Of a stretch of DNA of 64,000 nucleotides, positions 38,610 through 50,061 are shown in pieces. The notes beneath the pieces are model-generated. The model saw only the letters and a program-made list of their open reading frames with translations, was not told the DNA's origin and did not search any database. The stretch's first letter is position 1. Each line of letters begins with the position of its first letter. Made by a program: the position numbers and the translations under genes. This DNA comes from Lophium mytilinum (Eukaryota), in the NCBI GenBank assembly GCA_010093605.1, contig MU004181.1:496001-560000 (forward strand), read 5' to 3'.

Positions 38610-40110
38610 ATGGACGCGTTAGTGGCGGTCGCCGCTGGGGTCCAGTTCATCGACTGCGGTTCTGGACTCGTCAAAAAAATCCGGAAAGCTTGAAGATTGG
38701 TCAAGGAGAAAAAGAACGAGCAGTCCGAGCTTCTTGCTGTTGCGCAAGACATACAGTCGATAACAACAGAGCTTGTATCTTCCCTTACCGCATTCGACTC
38801 TCTCGGAGTCGCCACAGCAGATGTTGCAGCCTTGCGACAGTTCGCGGTAACGTCGCAGACCTTGGCCGGCAGTCTTGTTGACCTCTTAAACAAGATCAAC
38901 GTGCCCAATCCGGATAACAAGATATTGATCAAGGTCCGAGATGTGATCAGAGTCATGCAAAAGAAGGGCCAAGTGGACGTCTTAGAGCAGCGTCTATCGA
39001 GACTGTGCGCTCAGATTATTCTTCACATCCACCTCGCTGTCGTGTAAAAAAATCCGCTTCTTTATGGGCAGACACATGCTAACTCATGTCCATAGTCCAG
39101 CGCTATCCTCGAGCATCCAGTCAATGAAAGATGACTATGACACAGCATTCGCTGCCATTTTGTTCCGATTAGATGGTCTGAGCCGGAACGCAGCGGCCCA
39201 AACAGTTGCGCCTCTTGTCGATCAACCCATTTTGAACGGAACTCTAGATGCTCTTCGGGAGATCGCAACCGGATTAGAAAAACTAAACCAAGCTCGGCAA
39301 CAGCGTTCCGTGCTTCAGAGCTTGAGTTTTGTGCAGATGGATAGCCGCAAATGCACCATAGTTGAGTCACACGAGGCCACCTTGGAGTGGGTATGGGAGC
39401 TGTACGAGAAATGGCTAGGCGATGGCGTGTTCTGGGTGAAGGGCAAATTTGGATCGGGGAAGTCCCTGTTGATGAAGTTTCTCGCCGAGCATACGAAGAC
39501 CGAGCAATATTTCAGACGTTGGGCCAGGGAGAACAACATTCTGATCGTGGCGCACTACTTCGACTACCAAGGTAATGCAATTGGGCGGTCACAGGAAGGG
39601 CTACCGCCGACAGTGCTTTTCCAAATATTGCAGAAGCGTCCAGAACTCATCCCGACAATCTGCGCCAACCGTCTTCAATCGGACCCCCACGGAGTCACAA
39701 CTTGGACACTACATGAGTTATCGGAGTGTTTCTTGAATATTGAAAAGATTCCCGATCTCCCAATCTGCATATTCATCGATAGCCTGGACGAGTACGATAA
39801 TTCCCTCAGCGATTTGTTACGCCTCGTCCTAAAGTTAAGCCAATCGCCCGCTATAAAGCTATGTGTCTCGAGTCGTCAGCTTAATGAGTGCGAAAAGGCT
39901 TTCCGGAATTCGAGTAGCATTTGCGTTCAGGACCATACCCATCGAGACATCGCCCGCTACGTGAAAGACAATCTCACCCAGGACTTTGAACCGCTGGAGC
40001 ATGAAGACCCGAGTGGCTTTGTTAGCACACTTGTAAAGTGAGTTCAAGAGAAGGCACAAGGGGTTTTCTTTTGGGCCTACTTGATAGTGCGCTCGCTACG
40101 GGATGCTGTC
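38610..40110 (+). pseudogene. NACHT-domain NLR-like gene with N-terminal helical (SesA/HeLo-like) domain; two in-frame TGA, 3' truncated
   Basis: MDALVAVAAGVQFIDCGSGLV N-terminal motif; intron ~39043-39097; Walker A FWVKGKFGSGKS; Walker B IFIDSLDE; KLCVSSR; EKAQGVFFWAYLIVRSLRD after the second stop; TGA at 38691 and 40039. Confidence 0.85.
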
Positions 40111-40480
40111 AATGCATATCCAAACGATAAATATCCCCAACTTGTTCCTCCGTCTTCTTCAACAATCCTACAGCAGCATCCCTTCTTGATACGCAACCCC
40201 TGGACTCGACAAGTACATGCAGTTTAGCGTTGATAGAGGGTTCGTCTAGTGCGACCACGACAGCATACCATGTTCCATCAGCGGGGGGACCACCCGTTTT
40301 CATCTTATTCCATGCAATGACTACTTCAAACCTACCACGATGCCCAAACAGAACTTTTGCGTTATCTAATGAGTCAGCTTTTTGAAGTTCTGTGCTAGAG
40401 GGAACATATTTACGGCGAACCATCTCGAGTATTTCACCGATGGTTTCATCCCTAGCGGACCAAGGGATACTATTTGACAT
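40109..40480 (-). CDS. Hypothetical protein (123 aa from ATG 40480)
   Basis: Globular-looking 3' part of ORF 40109..40714 (FEVVIAW...WYAVVVAL...LVESRGCVSRRDAAVGLLKKTE). Confidence 0.5.
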   Translation of the reverse strand: MSNSIPWSARDETIGEILEMVRRKYVPSSTELQKADSLDNAKVLFGHRGRFEVVIAWNKMKTGGPPADGTWYAVVVALDEPSINAKLHVLVESRGCVSRRDAAVGLLKKTEEQVGDIYRLDMH

Positions 40481-41850
40481 AATGATGAGTTCTGTTGCGC
40501 TTATTCTCAGTTGCGAACGAAGAGAAATGTTGAACAGGGTGAGTAGAAACCTCTTACTTGTAGTTCTCGTGCTAGTTTTACAGACTCTAGAATTGTAATT
40601 TTTAGTAAATGCACGCGCGTGTGTCAAACTGCTTGGTAGGCTGATTGCGGTTAAGCAAATTACTTCCCGAAAAAAGTTCTGCGAGGGCGCAAACTTCGCA
40701 AATATCATCTCCACTCTTTATAAACTTTAGCAAATGGACTATGGCTGTTTTTTTATACACACGAGTTCTGAAATTCTATCCAAACGGACCTCTAGTATCA
40801 GGGTCCTACGACACCTTCCAAGAAAATCTAACCACCACGATTTCTCCACTAATCAGCCCCCAAGTTTGAAACGGTGCTCGCCAGAAGATCCGCTTTCGAA
40901 TTTGAGCATGTAGATCTTGGTTTCTAGCTGAACTAGCAGCACCAGCTCCCCACCTGGATGCCGCCTTGACAGGACCACAGCATGTTTTTGAGAACGTCTC
41001 ACCACTTATACTCCACCGTTCCTCGATTGAAGCCTACCATTCACCGTGGAGCGATTTTTCCGCTATGACAGATGGATTTCACCCGGTGATAACATAGAGA
41101 TGATAAATTGAGCCGAGGGGAGTGTGAAGCCATTTCGCGAGGTCTAACTCCTCCGTTAGTGTGACGAAATCGTTGGATGAAATGGAGCTAACCGAGAGCC
41201 ATGGTGAGCAGTTGACTGGATGAGAGGTCGGTGTCATATTCTCCTAAAAGCCGAGTTCCTGGGATCTCGCCTTCATCCACGATAAGAGACATCGAGATTC
41301 AGATGGTCGAAATCTTCTCCTGAGTGGCTCGTTGCGAGATTTGAGTGCGCTTTGCAGAGGTTTGAGCGTATACGGAAGAGGAGGCTGAGCCCTATATTAA
41401 CCGTTGTATGGATAAATAAGAGGCATTTGTCTGAAATCAAACTTGCTAGTCTAAATGCGTGCAGTTTGACCGAAGTGTTGGACAAGACGGAGATGCCTTT
41501 GATTGTCAATCAGGGACGCTGTTTAGGGTACCCATTCTCCATTTTTTCCGTATAGAACACACGGTTGCTATTGATTCCTTAGATACTAGGTAACCTCTAT
41601 ATCCGAATCTGCTCGCAACTGATGGTATAGACGTTGTTCTGGAATTGAGGCCAGCATGGGATGGAGTAAGGTTGTGGCGTTCTATTTTGAGACGGATCGA
41701 TCTCGGCCCCACGTTCCGTCTGATCCTCAGCCCTACGGCCTTGGCAGGGTCCACCTCCATGACCTCACGACATCTCTTCATCCCATCTCATCCTTCTAAT
41801 CTCCCCCCTCGAACCAAACACCCAATTATTTACAATTCCCCACAATCACA

Positions 41851-42729
41851 ATGCTCCGACCATCTCCCTCTTCCCCCGTGGACCTGCTCATCCTCGGAGC
41901 TGGCTGGACTTCCACCTTCCTCATCCCGCTGCTCTCCCCCGCACACGTCTCCTATGCCGCGACGACGACCTCTGGCCACGACGACACTATTCCCTTTCGC
42001 TTTGACCCTAAGTCTACAGAGACGGCACCGTACGAGCGCCTGCCCAAGGCCAAGGTCGTGCTCGTGACGTTCCCGCTCGTCGGAACGGGGCAGAGTAAGC
42101 GTATCGTGGGACTATACGAAAGCATACACGGCAAGGGAGCGAAGTGGATACAGCTGGGTGTGACGAGCATATGGGACGAGAAGAGCGCGCGTGCAGGGGA
42201 AGGCGGCTGGGCTGATGAGAACTCGCCATATGATACGACCAATGAGCGCGCGATCGCCGAGGACGAGCTGCGAGGTCTCGGTGGTGTGGTCTTGGATCTG
42301 TCAGGACTGTACGGAGGAGAGAGGGTGCCGGCGAGGTGGCTGGAGAGAGTAGTAAAGACGAAAGAGGAGGTCCGCGCGAAGGGCTGTGTGCACTTCATCC
42401 ACGGTGCGGATGTCGCGAGGGCGATACTCGCTGTTACGGAACGGCTGGCAGAGGACGGTCCGAAGTGGATTGAGGGAAGGAGATTCATCATTGCGGACCT
42501 GCATGTTTATGACTGGTGGGATCTTACGATGGCATGGGGAGGAAAGAAGGACGAGGAAACAAAGGGGGAGGAGGACAGGCCGCCATATTGCAAGTGGGTA
42601 GGCGAATTGATGGTTGAAACCGGGGTGAAGGCCCTCCCAAGGGCCCCTGAGCTGTTGGGAAGAAAGCTGGACTCGAGGAAATTCTGGAGCGAGCTGGGAG
42701 TATGGCCACAGCAGGGGAGGTTAGCGTAG
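41851..42729 (+). CDS. NAD(P)-binding Rossmann-fold protein (atypical SDR-like, conserved fungal family)
   Basis: VDLLILGAGWTSTFL, LSGLYGGER and VHFIHGADVARAI motifs; 292-aa intact ORF. Confidence 0.85.
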   Translation: MLRPSPSSPVDLLILGAGWTSTFLIPLLSPAHVSYAATTTSGHDDTIPFRFDPKSTETAPYERLPKAKVVLVTFPLVGTGQSKRIVGLYESIHGKGAKWIQLGVTSIWDEKSARAGEGGWADENSPYDTTNERAIAEDELRGLGGVVLDLSGLYGGERVPARWLERVVKTKEEVRAKGCVHFIHGADVARAILAVTERLAEDGPKWIEGRRFIIADLHVYDWWDLTMAWGGKKDEETKGEEDRPPYCKWVGELMVETGVKALPRAPELLGRKLDSRKFWSELGVWPQQGRLA

Positions 42730-43060
42730 GTTGGATCCCGCTATCCAAGCTTTAAATTCCCACTATTTCCATCTGCAAAAGCATATCTCGTACCTCAGAC
42801 GATGGCAGGATTCACAGATGTAGGGATCTGTTTATTGCATTCGTCAGAGTTTGCCAGCTTGGAGTGAAGCGAGAGTGTAGTCAGTCATGGGTCGACGCTT
42901 GGCGGTGAATGGACAGTCTAGCGCGAGCCGAGCGATATTTCTGTCAGAACCTCCACTTCCCTTCAACCGTTCTTTTGCCTCCTACACCTCTCCACCCCAC
43001 CCTACATCAGTGTTGCCAGAACGACACACTTGCAGTAATCCACACACCCCACCCGTACCC

Positions 43061-44251
43061 ATGGCGTCCGACGAGCCCGACATCGTTGATTCACTGATGC
43101 TCGACATCGGGGCTCAAGTCAGACCCGTCATCCCCGAGAGGCCACACGCGACGATCACGAAAAACAAGAGCATTCGACATCGAGCTCACACTCCGCTGGC
43201 GGACTTACCGCCAAAGTCTAATCCTTTCCGTGCGACTCGTCATTACGGGCCCCTGTTACAGAGCCAACTTAGGAGTGCTACGACGAACGCGCCACCGAGA
43301 GCACAGAAACACACGCCGAAAAACCACGAGCTTGTGGAATTCAAAGGATATCTAGTCCCCTCTGGCACGGATTATATCGATGGTCAAGGCCCGCTGTTAC
43401 TGAGATTTGGATCGGTTTCCGACGACCTTCTAGCTCTGCCAGTGGATGAGATTTTCCAGGAGATTTTGAGACAGTGGAATGAGCGCGTAGACATGGGGGA
43501 TGATGCGCTCAATAAGCAATGGCTGTGCGAGTACTGCGGGCCACATCACTTGCAGACCGGTGGCTCCGTGGTTGATCATCTCAAACAAAAACATCAAGAC
43601 GTCCTCGACCGATGCAGGCAGGATATCTTTGCTCTGAAACTCCGCTTTGATCTGCGTATCCAAAGCTCAATTTTCGAGCCACCCCTCTTTGGTTACTGTG
43701 AGCACGCCCTTATGTGGGCTATCGATGAGTACCAGTCAATAACGGCGCTGCCTAGCTATGGCTCCTTTTCCTTCGAAGAACATAGGTTGGCAGACTACAG
43801 CCGAGGAAACCGTTTCAGCCCTCCGGGGTTCCCGCGTTTCGTACCGCGGACCGAACTCGTCCCGCGAGTGGTGCCATGTTGCTCACAGCCGAACTATCAC
43901 GAGATTATGTTCTTGGAGCGCGAGGAACTCCAAAGCATCACTGCCTATGAGGCTTTCAAAGACATCTCGTTTGAAGAGCTCCGAATGCGGGACTACGAAG
44001 AAGGTCGACTCTATGGGATTCTCGGTCGCCCAAAGCCTAAGGACCTCGTTCACACCCTGCACCCAATAACGCAAAAGATTGAGGCGGAGTTCGACAAATT
44101 GGCTATTGGTACGGTTCCTTACAAAAGCCGAATCCTGCTGCGACACATCCTGGATCAAGTCGAGGATAGCATGGCGTTTGGTTCAGCGCGCATGACGAAC
44201 AGGGACAGGGAACCTGATTGGGCTGGCGTTGATATGTATTGTGGTACGTAA
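43061..44251 (+). CDS. Protein with a C2H2-type zinc finger and two GLEBS-like motifs; may splice to downstream exons
   Basis: WLCEYCG...DHLKQKH; YQSITALPSYGSFSFEEHRLADY and LQSITAYEAFKDISFEELRMRDY; GTACGT donor just before the stop; ORF open from 42887. Confidence 0.7.
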   Translation: MASDEPDIVDSLMLDIGAQVRPVIPERPHATITKNKSIRHRAHTPLADLPPKSNPFRATRHYGPLLQSQLRSATTNAPPRAQKHTPKNHELVEFKGYLVPSGTDYIDGQGPLLLRFGSVSDDLLALPVDEIFQEILRQWNERVDMGDDALNKQWLCEYCGPHHLQTGGSVVDHLKQKHQDVLDRCRQDIFALKLRFDLRIQSSIFEPPLFGYCEHALMWAIDEYQSITALPSYGSFSFEEHRLADYSRGNRFSPPGFPRFVPRTELVPRVVPCCSQPNYHEIMFLEREELQSITAYEAFKDISFEELRMRDYEEGRLYGILGRPKPKDLVHTLHPITQKIEAEFDKLAIGTVPYKSRILLRHILDQVEDSMAFGSARMTNRDREPDWAGVDMYCGT

Positions 44252-44599
44252 TGCAGCGTTCCATACAGTACAAGGCCATAAGTCTGGGCACACGGACTGA
44301 ATCCCGTTTAACTCCAATTTGCTCACTCGACACCACTGTTAAGGGGTAGCCTGGCTGCTGAGCAGGCAATTAGTCAAGAGGCAGTCTAATCTGCACTGGT
44401 TGAAGCTTGACATCGCCCTTAAGTCTTCGAAACCATGCGGGGGACCCCAAGCAGTGGCGTACCAGTGTGCCCAGACTTGTGGCTTGTCACTGTACTCGTT
44501 TTCCGGTACTGTTTTTCAAAGTAGAACATGCATTAACACCATATAGGCAAACCTCAACGACAGACATCGCACACATCGGCGAATCCTACTAATGCGAAA

Positions 44600-46195
44600 G
44601 TGAGAGACACCTGGTTCGAGTTCCAAATGGACGGCCCGTTGGTGTTCAAGGCACCACACAACAGCCATATGAACGCCTCTGACTGGTTCTTGCACACTCT
44701 ACTTAAGATGTTTGAGAAATATCTGGTACCAAACCTAAGCTCTTCCTATACCACGTCCGGTCCGTCCAAGCGGATCTTCTTTACCGACATCGAGGTTATT
44801 GACGATCCGCCAATCTACGTTTGGAATGACAAGCAAGGTGAACTCTTTCGCAACAGCCGTGGTGGTACGTTTTGGGCCGGGAAAATCCCAGGCTTGACGG
44901 GGCCCCCTACGTTGAACACGCCACGGGACGTATTCGATAGGCCCGTTCTAGACTCAAGAAATCACAACGTCGCCCTCCAAGTCACCGGCATTATCGTGGA
45001 GCAGACCGACGTGAGCTTCGGAGATTGGATAGGTTCAGGGTGGATGCTGCAGAACCAAACCTTTGGTATAGGACCCATAACTGCCCAAACAGCCGCTCCA
45101 TCCTCGTCAAGCCTCACGAGGAGGCTTCATTTCGCCCTTGATTCGTCACTCCAGTACAGAGATCTGATGAAGTCGACATTCTCGTTTGGCCCGTGTCGTT
45201 CACGACTCCTCGAACTTCCCAAAGACATCCGTCTCGACATCCTCGACTACCTCCTGCGTCCGTCCAAGACCGAATCCGTAGATACCAGCCAACGCAGCGT
45301 CCTCCACCCCGCCATCCTCCGCGTCTGCAAGCAGCTGCACGACGAAGGCTCCGCGTTGTACTCCCAAAACACCTTCGCCATCAAAGAGCGCACCACCTGG
45401 ACCAACCTCTACCCCAAGCCGGACCTCTACCGCCTCCCTCAGTACGACACATTCCGCCCCAACATCAAACACATCGAGTTCTCCGTCACCCTCGTCAACT
45501 ACCGCCCCCTCCGCTACCTCGGCGCCGACCAAAGCCCCCTTAACGACATGTGGACCTGGTCCACCGAGCAAAGCCCCGAGCTCATCTTCGCGTACACAAG
45601 CCGCAACCACCCGCCCGTCAACGGCGCCAAATGGCCGTTCTTCCTCAAGCGCACGAACGCCGGCTTCCTCGCCGATGACACGATGGCGCTAGTCTCGCGC
45701 CCGGAATACCGCCTCGCCCACGCGGCGTACCTGCGCCTCGACCACCGCAGCCTCCTCCTGCCCCCTGTCCCCCTAGGCTTGGTGAACCTAGAGACCCTCA
45801 CGCTGGCCTGCGGCGGGCTGGAGAAGTGGATGTTCGAGACAGAGTTCGCGGAGAGCGCCCGCGCGTCGGCGTTCCGGACCTACCCGCTCGCGGCGCTTCT
45901 TGCGTCAATCATCGCCACGCGACCGCCCGTAAAGAAGATCATCTTGCGGAACGTTGGGGCGGCAAAGGGGGAGTTGGAGGAGTTGATTGGGTACGTGGGC
46001 AGGGGCTTGGCGACCCCCTGCGCCACGTCCCTGTGGCATTCTGTGAGTATTTGGAACTGTCCGGGCTTGTTGGGGCTTGAAAGGGGGTTTAACGCGGATA
46101 TGCGCGTAAGATGGGGAGGGATTGGGTGGGTGGCGTGGGCGGAGAGGGCGCGGAGTGTGTTGGGGGAGGAGTATGAGTGGGTCTTTGAGGCCTAG
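44600..46195 (+). CDS. F-box-like (DUF7730-type) protein, long terminal exon
   Basis: SRLLELPKDIRLDILDYLL...HPAILRVCKQLHDEGSALYSQNTF; CTAAT...AAG acceptor at 44589-44600. Confidence 0.75.
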   Translation: MRDTWFEFQMDGPLVFKAPHNSHMNASDWFLHTLLKMFEKYLVPNLSSSYTTSGPSKRIFFTDIEVIDDPPIYVWNDKQGELFRNSRGGTFWAGKIPGLTGPPTLNTPRDVFDRPVLDSRNHNVALQVTGIIVEQTDVSFGDWIGSGWMLQNQTFGIGPITAQTAAPSSSSLTRRLHFALDSSLQYRDLMKSTFSFGPCRSRLLELPKDIRLDILDYLLRPSKTESVDTSQRSVLHPAILRVCKQLHDEGSALYSQNTFAIKERTTWTNLYPKPDLYRLPQYDTFRPNIKHIEFSVTLVNYRPLRYLGADQSPLNDMWTWSTEQSPELIFAYTSRNHPPVNGAKWPFFLKRTNAGFLADDTMALVSRPEYRLAHAAYLRLDHRSLLLPPVPLGLVNLETLTLACGGLEKWMFETEFAESARASAFRTYPLAALLASIIATRPPVKKIILRNVGAAKGELEELIGYVGRGLATPCATSLWHSVSIWNCPGLLGLERGFNADMRVRWGGIGWVAWAERARSVLGEEYEWVFEA

Positions 46196-46239
46196 AGCCT
46201 TCAAATAGGTAGATAGCAGTGGTAATTTTGATCCTGAAT

Positions 46240-47850
46240 TGCCGGTGTTAGGGGGCCTTCAGGTCAATGTCTAACAATGGAGTGCTATAATGTTGACACT
46301 GGTTTGATACCGTCTGAATTCCTCTGGCACTGCCAAAAAACGTGGAATAAGATGTCAAAGTTTGAGGCGTTCAGATCGTATGAGGCTGAATTAAGAGGGT
46401 TTGGGCGGTTCTTAACACCGTCTAAAGCCCTCTAGCGGTGTTAGAAATTAGAAGACAGGATGTCAAAGTTAAGGAAGCTTAGATTGTATTACGCTAGCAA
46501 TAGGTAGTTTCAGCATATGTCTAATACCGTCTGAAGTCCTCTAGAGGTGCGAAAAAATGCAAGATGGGATGTCAAAAACCGCATGTGCTGAATCAACCTT
46601 CCCTTTAGGAGGTTGGATAGTGTATTGAAGCTAGCACGTCAGGTCGTGCTGGAGTCTATTTGGCAGCGCTTGGCAGGTATTTGGTACTGTCTGAAGTCCT
46701 TTAGTAGTGCGAAAAATTAGGGCATAGGATGTCAAAAACTAGGGGTCTTAGATTAGATTGGGTTGATTTCGGGTCGTTTGGGGGTTAGCTGATACCGTCT
46801 GAAGCCCTCTGGCGGCGCCAAGTACTGGGAGATAGGATGTCAAGAACTGGGGTTCTCATATTATATTGGTTTGATTTGGGATCGTTTCGGGGGTGTTTGC
46901 CGACGTTAGGGGTCCTTCAGCTTGCTCACGGATATTTGAGCTATATGATATTTACTAGTCGCTAGACTACCTAGGGTACCGCATGCATATCCAAAATTGC
47001 GGGGAGAGAGGGCTGCAGACACTCGTTTGACACCGTCTGAAGTCCTTGGAGAAGGCGACAGATTTCAGGAGCGATGTCACCGATCACGACCTGTGAATTA
47101 GATACTGCTTCTCCTTAAGCCGGATCATCGTATGCATCTTTGAAAGTTGACATCTGGCTGGCACCGTCTGAAGTCCTCTGAACAGGCGAAAATTTCGAGA
47201 AGCGATGTCAAGATACACGATGTGCGAATCAGACACTGCACTTCTGCAAGGCAGAGTATTGTATTCATATCGTGCACATCGTAACTTGACTTATGTTTGT
47301 ACCCATGTTGACATCTGGCTGGCACCGTCTGAAGTCCTCGGAGCAGGCGAAATTTTCGAGAAGCGATATCAAGAATCACGATGTGCGAATTAGACACTGC
47401 ACTTTCCTAAGGCCGAGTATTGTATTTATCTCGGACACCTTACAACTTAAACGTTGTTCGTGCTTATTTTGACACTCGCTTGCCGGCGTCAGGGGTCTTT
47501 AGCTTGCTTACGGATATTTGAGATCTAAGATGTTGACTCGTCGCTCTACTACGTAAGGCACCACATGCACGATCAAACTGGTGGGAGTAGAGGTGCTGCA
47601 GACACTGGTTTAACACTGTCAGGGGTCCTTTAGGTTGTTTCCTGGTACTCGAAACGAATTACATTGACTAGTCGCTAGACTACCTGGGGCACTACATGCA
47701 TAGTTAAAATGATAGGGATAGGAGTGCTACGGACACTGGTCTGACAGTGTTCGGCGTCCTTCAGCTTGAATCCGGATATTCGACACCTATACTCTTGACT
47801 AGTTGCCAGAACACGTAGGACACCACATGTAGAACCAAAATAGTGCAGGC
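46240..47850. repeat. Complex degenerate satellite with ~108, ~131 and ~161 bp periods
   Basis: ACCGTCTGAAG(T/C)CCT-like cores at 46309, 46417, 46526, 46686, 46794, 47032, 47163 and 47324; a second unit GGGGTCCTT.AGCTTG...ACTAGTCGCTAGACTAC...CAGACACT at ~46909, 47492, 47622 and 47755. Confidence 0.9.
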
Positions 47851-48074
47851 GCAAAGCAAATTCCACGTGACTGATATGGATGGTGTGGCGGAATGGGATA
47901 GGGTTGGGGTTGAGTTTGTGAGGGGGTCTTATTTCAGAGCTGTGCCCTTTGTAATTTGATCAGTAGTTACCGCCGTCTGGAGTAGCCCAGCAAGTTTCCC
48001 GAACCCAATCCAAATCCTCTATCGTACACGACCGATTCTCGAGCCGATACCCGCTCCATCCTTTCACCCACTCT

Positions 48075-49287
48075 TTACATCTCAATAATAACCTTGAGCG
48101 CCTTGTTCTCCGCCGCCGCCTGGAACGTCCCATACGCTTTCTCCATATCCTTGAACGGGAACGTGTGCGTAATAAGCTTATCCGCGGGCAGCTTGTTCGC
48201 CGCAAGAAGCTTGAGTAGCATAGGCGTAGTGACCGCATCGACTAACCGAGTCGTGATTGCTAACACCATACATTAGCGAACATCGCGCTTGATCAACCCC
48301 ACCAAAAAGCAATAGGGAGTACTCACAAACATTCCTATCCCACAGCTTCTCTAGATGCAAATCCGCCTTCACCCCATGCACGCCCACATTCGCAATCACA
48401 CCCCCCGGCGCAACCAGATCCTGACACTGCGTAAACGTCGCCGGGATCCCCACAGCCTCAATCACCGTATCGCACCCCTTTCCCTCCGTAACCTCCTTCA
48501 CCAACTCCTCCGCCTGGCTCGGCGTCCCTGTATACCCCGCCCCAAACGCCTTCGCAACCGCCAACCGATTCCCATCCGGGTCAATCACGATCAGAATCCC
48601 CGGCGAATACAGCTGCGCCGTCAACAGCGCCGCCAAGCCCACCGGTCCCGCGCCGACCACCACAACGCTCGACCCTGGCTCGACTTTCCCATTCAGCACG
48701 CCGCACTCGAACCCCGTGGGCAGGATGTCCGATAGCATCACCATCGTCGCCGGCTCCACGCCCTTGGGGATCTTATATAGGCTGTTCTCCGCATACGGAA
48801 TCCGGACGTACTCGGCCTGCGTGCCATCGATCGAGTTCCCCAGAATCCACCCGCCAGACGCGCAATGCGAGGGCATGCCGCGGCGGCAATACGCGCAGGC
48901 GCCGCACGCCGAGATACAGGAAATCAAGACAGGATCACCGGGCTTGAAGGCGGACACGCCGGCGCCAGTGGACTCGATAACGCCGACGCCCTCGTGGCCG
49001 AGGATAGTGCCAGGCGAGCAGGTGGGCACGTCGCCTTTGATGATGTGCAGGTCGGTGCCGCAGATGGTGGAGTGGGTGACTTTGACGATGGCGTCGGTGG
49101 CCGCGGTGGGCGAGGGCTTGGGCCGTGTGGTGAGGGAGATGCCGGCGTTGGGGCCGTTGTAGACGAGCGCGTTCATGGTGGATACGCCACGCGCCGAGAT
49201 GTAGAAGGATTTGGTGGAGAGGGGCGTGTGGGTGGCATGTTTGGCGGTGTTGCGCAGTAGTGTGAAGGCGGAGGATCGGGAGAGCAT
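48075..49287 (-). CDS. Zn-dependent alcohol dehydrogenase (MDR/GroES-like), 2 exons, probable mitochondrial presequence
   Basis: ICGTDLH, GHEGVG, structural Zn CGACAYC..HC and GAGPVG motifs; intron 48326-48260; Arg/Ser-rich N-terminus MLSRSSAFTLLRNTA before MNALVYNGP. Confidence 0.95.
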
Positions 49288-50061
49288 TTTGGGGTTTGGG
49301 ATGTGGAATTGGTGTTGGTGGAGGTGAGGTGGTTGAGGTAGGACGATGGAGGCTCTTGAAAAAGGTGGGCGACGACGCGCGTTGACGGGTTTAAAAGACG
49401 CGTGCGGGGTGGGGTGGGCAGACGCCGGAGCATGGGATATGGTGTCGTGACCTGACAATCTTAGGTGGGTAGATACGGTCATAGGATGACCAAGTCAGAC
49501 GTTGTGAGGCTGAGACTGCAATATTTGTGGGGCCATCAGGAGATGTTTTAAAGACTGCCGGGAATCCGAATAGTGCCAAACGAGTCTTTGAAAATCGAGT
49601 ATGTAAAGACTGATGACTAGAAATCCAATTGCGGGGTATATATCCCGGCCATGAGAAAAGTAACAGATAGCGATTCGAGTAATCTTGATGGCCTAGAACA
49701 AATGGTATATATCAGGTGAGATTTTAAAGATCACGTGACTTGGACCAAATGCCGATGCGTACCGGACACATCTTGAACTCTATTCGTATTCCTGGAGACT
49801 TTAAAATTGGCCTTGAAGAGCTGCTAGAAGACGAAGAGAAGTGAAAATGAAAGATCTTACCATCTGGCGACTCTTGCTCTCCGGACATTTGCTCACATAG
49901 GATAAGGCTATGACATCTGGGAATGATCATGAAAGAGGAGGAAAAAACTACATGCGCATGGATGCTGATAGATGCCATGTTCCCTGTGATAGTAGTATAA
50001 ATGATTGTAACGCCGAAACACCTACGCTATGCAGTCCATGACGGTTCGCCGCTACGCCACC

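Noticed and set aside
40870..41640. Possible additional F-box/LRR pseudogene on the minus strand
   Set aside because: Only faint motif resemblance (FRLASLIS, EELDL) with many stops; not supportable without a search
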